64,000 nt of DNA from Methanomethylovorans hollandica DSM 15978 (GTDB taxonomy: Archaea > Halobacteriota > Methanosarcinia > Methanosarcinales > Methanosarcinaceae), in contig NC_019977.1 of NCBI RefSeq assembly GCF_000328665.1, forward strand, positions 310,001 to 374,000, in the 5' to 3' direction. Of the stretch, positions 60,685 to 64,000 are shown in pieces (within the stretch, counting starts at the first letter, position 1; every line of letters begins with the position of its first letter). The position numbers and the translations under genes are program-made. The notes under the pieces were generated by a model, which had not been told where the DNA came from, did no database searches, and saw only the letters and a program-made list of their open reading frames with translations.

Positions 60685-62652
60685 ATGAAGGGCATGATCA
60701 ACTATCGGAAGAATGCAGAAATTGAGTGCATATGTAAAATATCGGATATAATAGCAAATAGTAATGATTTTAAATATGTAATGCAACAGACAGCGGAAGC
60801 ATTACCTTCCGGTTTTCAGTTCCCTTCCATTACTTGTATAAGAATAACGATAAACAACAGAACATTCAAAAACTCTCATTTCAAGATCACTCACAGGAAA
60901 CTTTCCTGTTCATGTACTGGTCAGGATTCAGCAGTTATATCTATTGAGGCTTTTTACCGGGAGGAACGGCCAGAGGCAGACGAAGGGCCATTTCTTTCAG
61001 GAGAGAAAACCATGCTCTTTTCAGTTTGCAACTGCTTAAAATGTTTCTATGAAAGGGTAGATATGCTGCAACTTTTAGCTGAAAGTGAGGAAAAATGTAA
61101 AGCTTTCATGAACAATGCTCTTGATGGAATGATGGTGCTGGATTTCAAAGGTAATATCTTGCTATACAACATGGCTTTAGCCAGGATGTTTGAAGTCGAT
61201 GATCCAAAGTCATCCATAGGCTACAGTATTCTTGAATATATTTGCGAAGAATATAAACTTAAGGCTATAAAAGACCAGCTGAATGTCATGAGGGGTAAAG
61301 GGGGCTATCTCAGCACATATAAAGTACGTTCAAGAAAAGGACGCGAATTCTGGGTGGAAGGTCTGGGAACGAAAATCCTCTATAATGATAATCTGGCTAA
61401 CATAGTTGTTATACGTGATATCACTGAGAGAATGGTTGCAGAAGAGAAACTAATATCTTATCGTCAAAACATAAACAAACTTGTGCTGGAGCGTAGCATC
61501 AATGTATCTTATGCAAACGAAAAATTAAAAGAAGACGTCAAAATATGGCAGCATATCAACCATATTTTAGTTCATGAAACAAATAAACTTTCTGAATATC
61601 TTGGTAGCATTGGGGTAATGGTAGTAGTCCTTGGCCAAGATTGTCATGTATCTTTCATAAACAAAAAAGGTTGTGAAATTCTTGGTTACAATGAGGATGG
61701 GATCGTTGGACAGGATTGGATAGAATCTTTCGTTCCTGACAATTATCGTGATCATACAAAAGATCTACTTCTAAAGTGCCTCAGCGGCAATTGTGTGACA
61801 AAATGTGAATATCCCGTGCTTAGATTTTATGGTGAAGATAGGATGATATTATGGGCAAATGTCCCTTTGGTAGATGAAAATGAGAATATCATAGGGATAG
61901 TCAGCACCGGTGAGGATGTTACGGATCTCAGGGATTCCCAGGAAGCACTTCAGCAATATGTTGACGATCTAAAAAAGAGCAATGAATTTAAGATGCTTTT
62001 TATTGATATTTTACGTCATGATCTGCTAAACCCTGCCACCATTATCAAAGGTTATTCCGAGCTTCTGCTGGAAAGAATAACAACAGATGAAGAAAAATCC
62101 ATTATTAAAACAATTTATGCTCAAAACGAGAATCTTATACAGATCATTAATACTGCTTCGATGTTAGGTAAACTTGAAAGCACTGATATGGTGAGTTTTG
62201 AGAATCTTGACCTGCTTGATCTGCTTAAGAAAGTTTCCAGCGGGTTTACACCACTGCTGGACAAAAAAGGTATAACAGTAGAGTATCCAGCAAGGGACAG
62301 TTGTCCGGCTGATGTAAACCCTATGATCGAGGAAGCCTTTTCTAATCTAATATCCAATGCTATCAAGTTCAGTCCCTATGGAGGCAAGCTTATTTTAGAC
62401 ATAGAGGATGCAGGACCTTCATGGAAAATAACGTTCACTGATTTCGGTATGGGGATCAGTGATGAGAACAAGGATGCTATATTCAGAAGATTTAAGCAGG
62501 TTTCCACTGAAGGGACTAAAGGAAGCGGGTTGGGTCTTGCTATCGTAAAGAAAATAATAGAACTTCACCATGGAGAAGTTGGTGTGTATGATAATCCTTC
62601 GGGTTCTGGTGCTGTTTTCTGGATAAAATTGAATAAAAGACAGTCTTTTTAA
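60685..62652 (+). CDS. PAS-domain sensor histidine kinase
   Basis: Two PAS/PAC domains, H-box LRHDLLNP, NLISNAIKF, DFGMGI, GSGLGL. Confidence 0.9.
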   Translation: MKGMINYRKNAEIECICKISDIIANSNDFKYVMQQTAEALPSGFQFPSITCIRITINNRTFKNSHFKITHRKLSCSCTGQDSAVISIEAFYREERPEADEGPFLSGEKTMLFSVCNCLKCFYERVDMLQLLAESEEKCKAFMNNALDGMMVLDFKGNILLYNMALARMFEVDDPKSSIGYSILEYICEEYKLKAIKDQLNVMRGKGGYLSTYKVRSRKGREFWVEGLGTKILYNDNLANIVVIRDITERMVAEEKLISYRQNINKLVLERSINVSYANEKLKEDVKIWQHINHILVHETNKLSEYLGSIGVMVVVLGQDCHVSFINKKGCEILGYNEDGIVGQDWIESFVPDNYRDHTKDLLLKCLSGNCVTKCEYPVLRFYGEDRMILWANVPLVDENENIIGIVSTGEDVTDLRDSQEALQQYVDDLKKSNEFKMLFIDILRHDLLNPATIIKGYSELLLERITTDEEKSIIKTIYAQNENLIQIINTASMLGKLESTDMVSFENLDLLDLLKKVSSGFTPLLDKKGITVEYPARDSCPADVNPMIEEAFSNLISNAIKFSPYGGKLILDIEDAGPSWKITFTDFGMGISDENKDAIFRRFKQVSTEGTKGSGLGLAIVKKIIELHHGEVGVYDNPSGSGAVFWIKLNKRQSF

Positions 62653-63077
62653 TGTGAGGCACTTCGTCCTCGTTAACTATCATACATTCCATGCCAAAGG
62701 GCACTGCTTCCTTTAGCTTGATCATTATACTGAAAGCCTGCGAGTTTACACTGAGGTCATTTACATTTATTCTGGGTATGGTCCTGCTGCCGTAAATGCA
62801 ATCATATTTTGTGACCGCTATTTCTTCATCATTTTTCAATGTTCAGGCTGAAACGCTATACTGCTCATCCCTTGTTTCAGCGGTGCTTCACAGCACCATT
62901 TTCATGATCTCTTTATTAGGATCGATCTAGACTATTGATATTTTCTTTGTTTTAAGTGTGTTTCTTTTTTAAAGCAATGCCAGTGCCAGGTGGGTGGCAG
63001 CAGGTGCCATAAGGGAGCTTACTGGAGAAAAAGTGCAGCAGAAGCTACAATCCCGGAAAGAAAAGTGAGTTTTATAT

Positions 63078-64000
63078 TTATTCATATCGCAGTGCATCCA
63101 GTGGTCTCATCTGGGCAGCTTTCCAGGCAGGATATACACCGCCTGCAACACCTGTAAGTATGCCAAACCCTATTCCCACTATAATATAAGCTAAACTTGA
63201 TGGTGCGAAGAGATAGGATGCCTGTTTCATGATAAGCACGGTTATCAAAAATCCACCTCCAAAACTCAATATTCCTCCAATTAGGCTTGCAGCCGTTCCC
63301 AAAAACAGTGCTTCCAGCAGGAACATCTTGAGCACATCTTTTCTTGAAGCTCCCACCGCTTTCATTATGCCAATTTCGCGGGTGCGCTCCATGGTGGACA
63401 TGAGCATGACGTTAAGAATGCTCACCCCAGCCACAAGCAGGGAAATGGAGCTTATCCCCATCAGGAACAGGGAAATGTATCTGGAGATCTCATCAATACT
63501 TGAAAGGATCGTATTTGTCGCCAAAACGAACACTTCTTCATCTTTCTTGTTGAGCCTGTCCTCGAGGTCAGCTTTGACAATGTCTATCTCATCGATATCC
63601 TTTACCTGGATTATCACATTATTATAACCTTCATCTGTATCCTTATAGACCTTGATGAATGTCTGAGAATCCATAAAAACCGCACTATCGGCACTGATGT
63701 CAAAGCCCATGCCCCGCTCTTTAAGGATGCCTATTACTCTGAACTTAGTATCTTCTACGGTTATTTTTCCACCAATTTTGACATCAAGATCTTCTGCAAG
63801 TCGTGAACCTATCACACAATCCGAAGAGCCACGCTTGTACATGCGGCCTTTTTCCATCTGTACAAGAGTTAAAAGGTCATCACCTCCCATGCCATATACA
63901 TTCGCATAAGCATCCTTATTCTTGTATTCAGCTATTGAACCGCCGGAATGTATGGGTACCAGGTTCTCTATGCCAGCAACCTTATATATTTTTTCAACTT
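63078..64000 (-). CDS. ABC transporter permease, FtsX/MacB family (5'-partial)
   Basis: ISLLVAGVSILNVM, ERTREIGIMKAVGA, YPAWKAA...ALRYE; frame stays open from 63890 to the window end. Confidence 0.9.
   Translation of the reverse strand, partial: VEKIYKVAGIENLVPIHSGGSIAEYKNKDAYANVYGMGGDDLLTLVQMEKGRMYKRGSSDCVIGSRLAEDLDVKIGGKITVEDTKFRVIGILKERGMGFDISADSAVFMDSQTFIKVYKDTDEGYNNVIIQVKDIDEIDIVKADLEDRLNKKDEEVFVLATNTILSSIDEISRYISLFLMGISSISLLVAGVSILNVMLMSTMERTREIGIMKAVGASRKDVLKMFLLEALFLGTAASLIGGILSFGGGFLITVLIMKQASYLFAPSSLAYIIVGIGFGILTGVAGGVYPAWKAAQMRPLDALRYE

Noticed and set aside
62540..62905. Minus-strand ORF or possible pseudogene after the kinase
   Set aside because: Overlaps the kinase 3' end, has in-frame stops upstream, and matches no family I recognise.

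Overview
Archaeal chromosomal DNA that looks like a methylotrophic methanogen of the Methanosarcinaceae (GGGPS/DGGGPS ether-lipid genes, L40e, NrpR, HARP, corrinoid methyltransferases, DNRLRE/PKD surface protein); the genus cannot be fixed from sequence alone. 1-6.7 kb: type I restriction-modification locus (partial hsdS, an inserted AlbA_2/Schlafen-ATPase gene, hsdR) plus a divergent solitary DNA methyltransferase. 6.7-22.2 kb: mostly housekeeping genes (nrpR, A2-like ABC ATPase, GGGPS, rpl40e, gatCAB, siroheme reductase-like protein, an intact 1275-bp IS with a 6-bp target duplication, HARP, DGGGPS, nadA, nadX). 22.2-56.4 kb: an accessory block separating nadA/nadX from nadC. It holds a repeat-rich surface protein, a VWA/NorD gene with a probably decayed cbbQ partner, and a ~24-kb methyl-transfer cluster. 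That cluster has a His-less PAS/GAF sensor, two Msr-type regulators, a RamA-like activator, a corrinoid protein, MtbA, two divergent URO-D-fold methyltransferases and a radical SAM/CoA-ligase/redox-protein module resembling the Desulfovibrio DVU_155x (TrsS) neighbourhood. It also has an atypical MsrA, an enoate reductase, an ALDH and an SDR, a shared promoter motif and a candidate sRNA. No MtaB/MtmB/MtbB/MttB-type substrate methyltransferase is visible, so the substrate is unexplained; this cluster is the best candidate for an undescribed system. 56.4-64 kb: nadC, eno, LysE, a kinase and a partial ABC permease. No CRISPR array, rRNA or tRNA was recognised. All family assignments come from motif recognition, not database searches.
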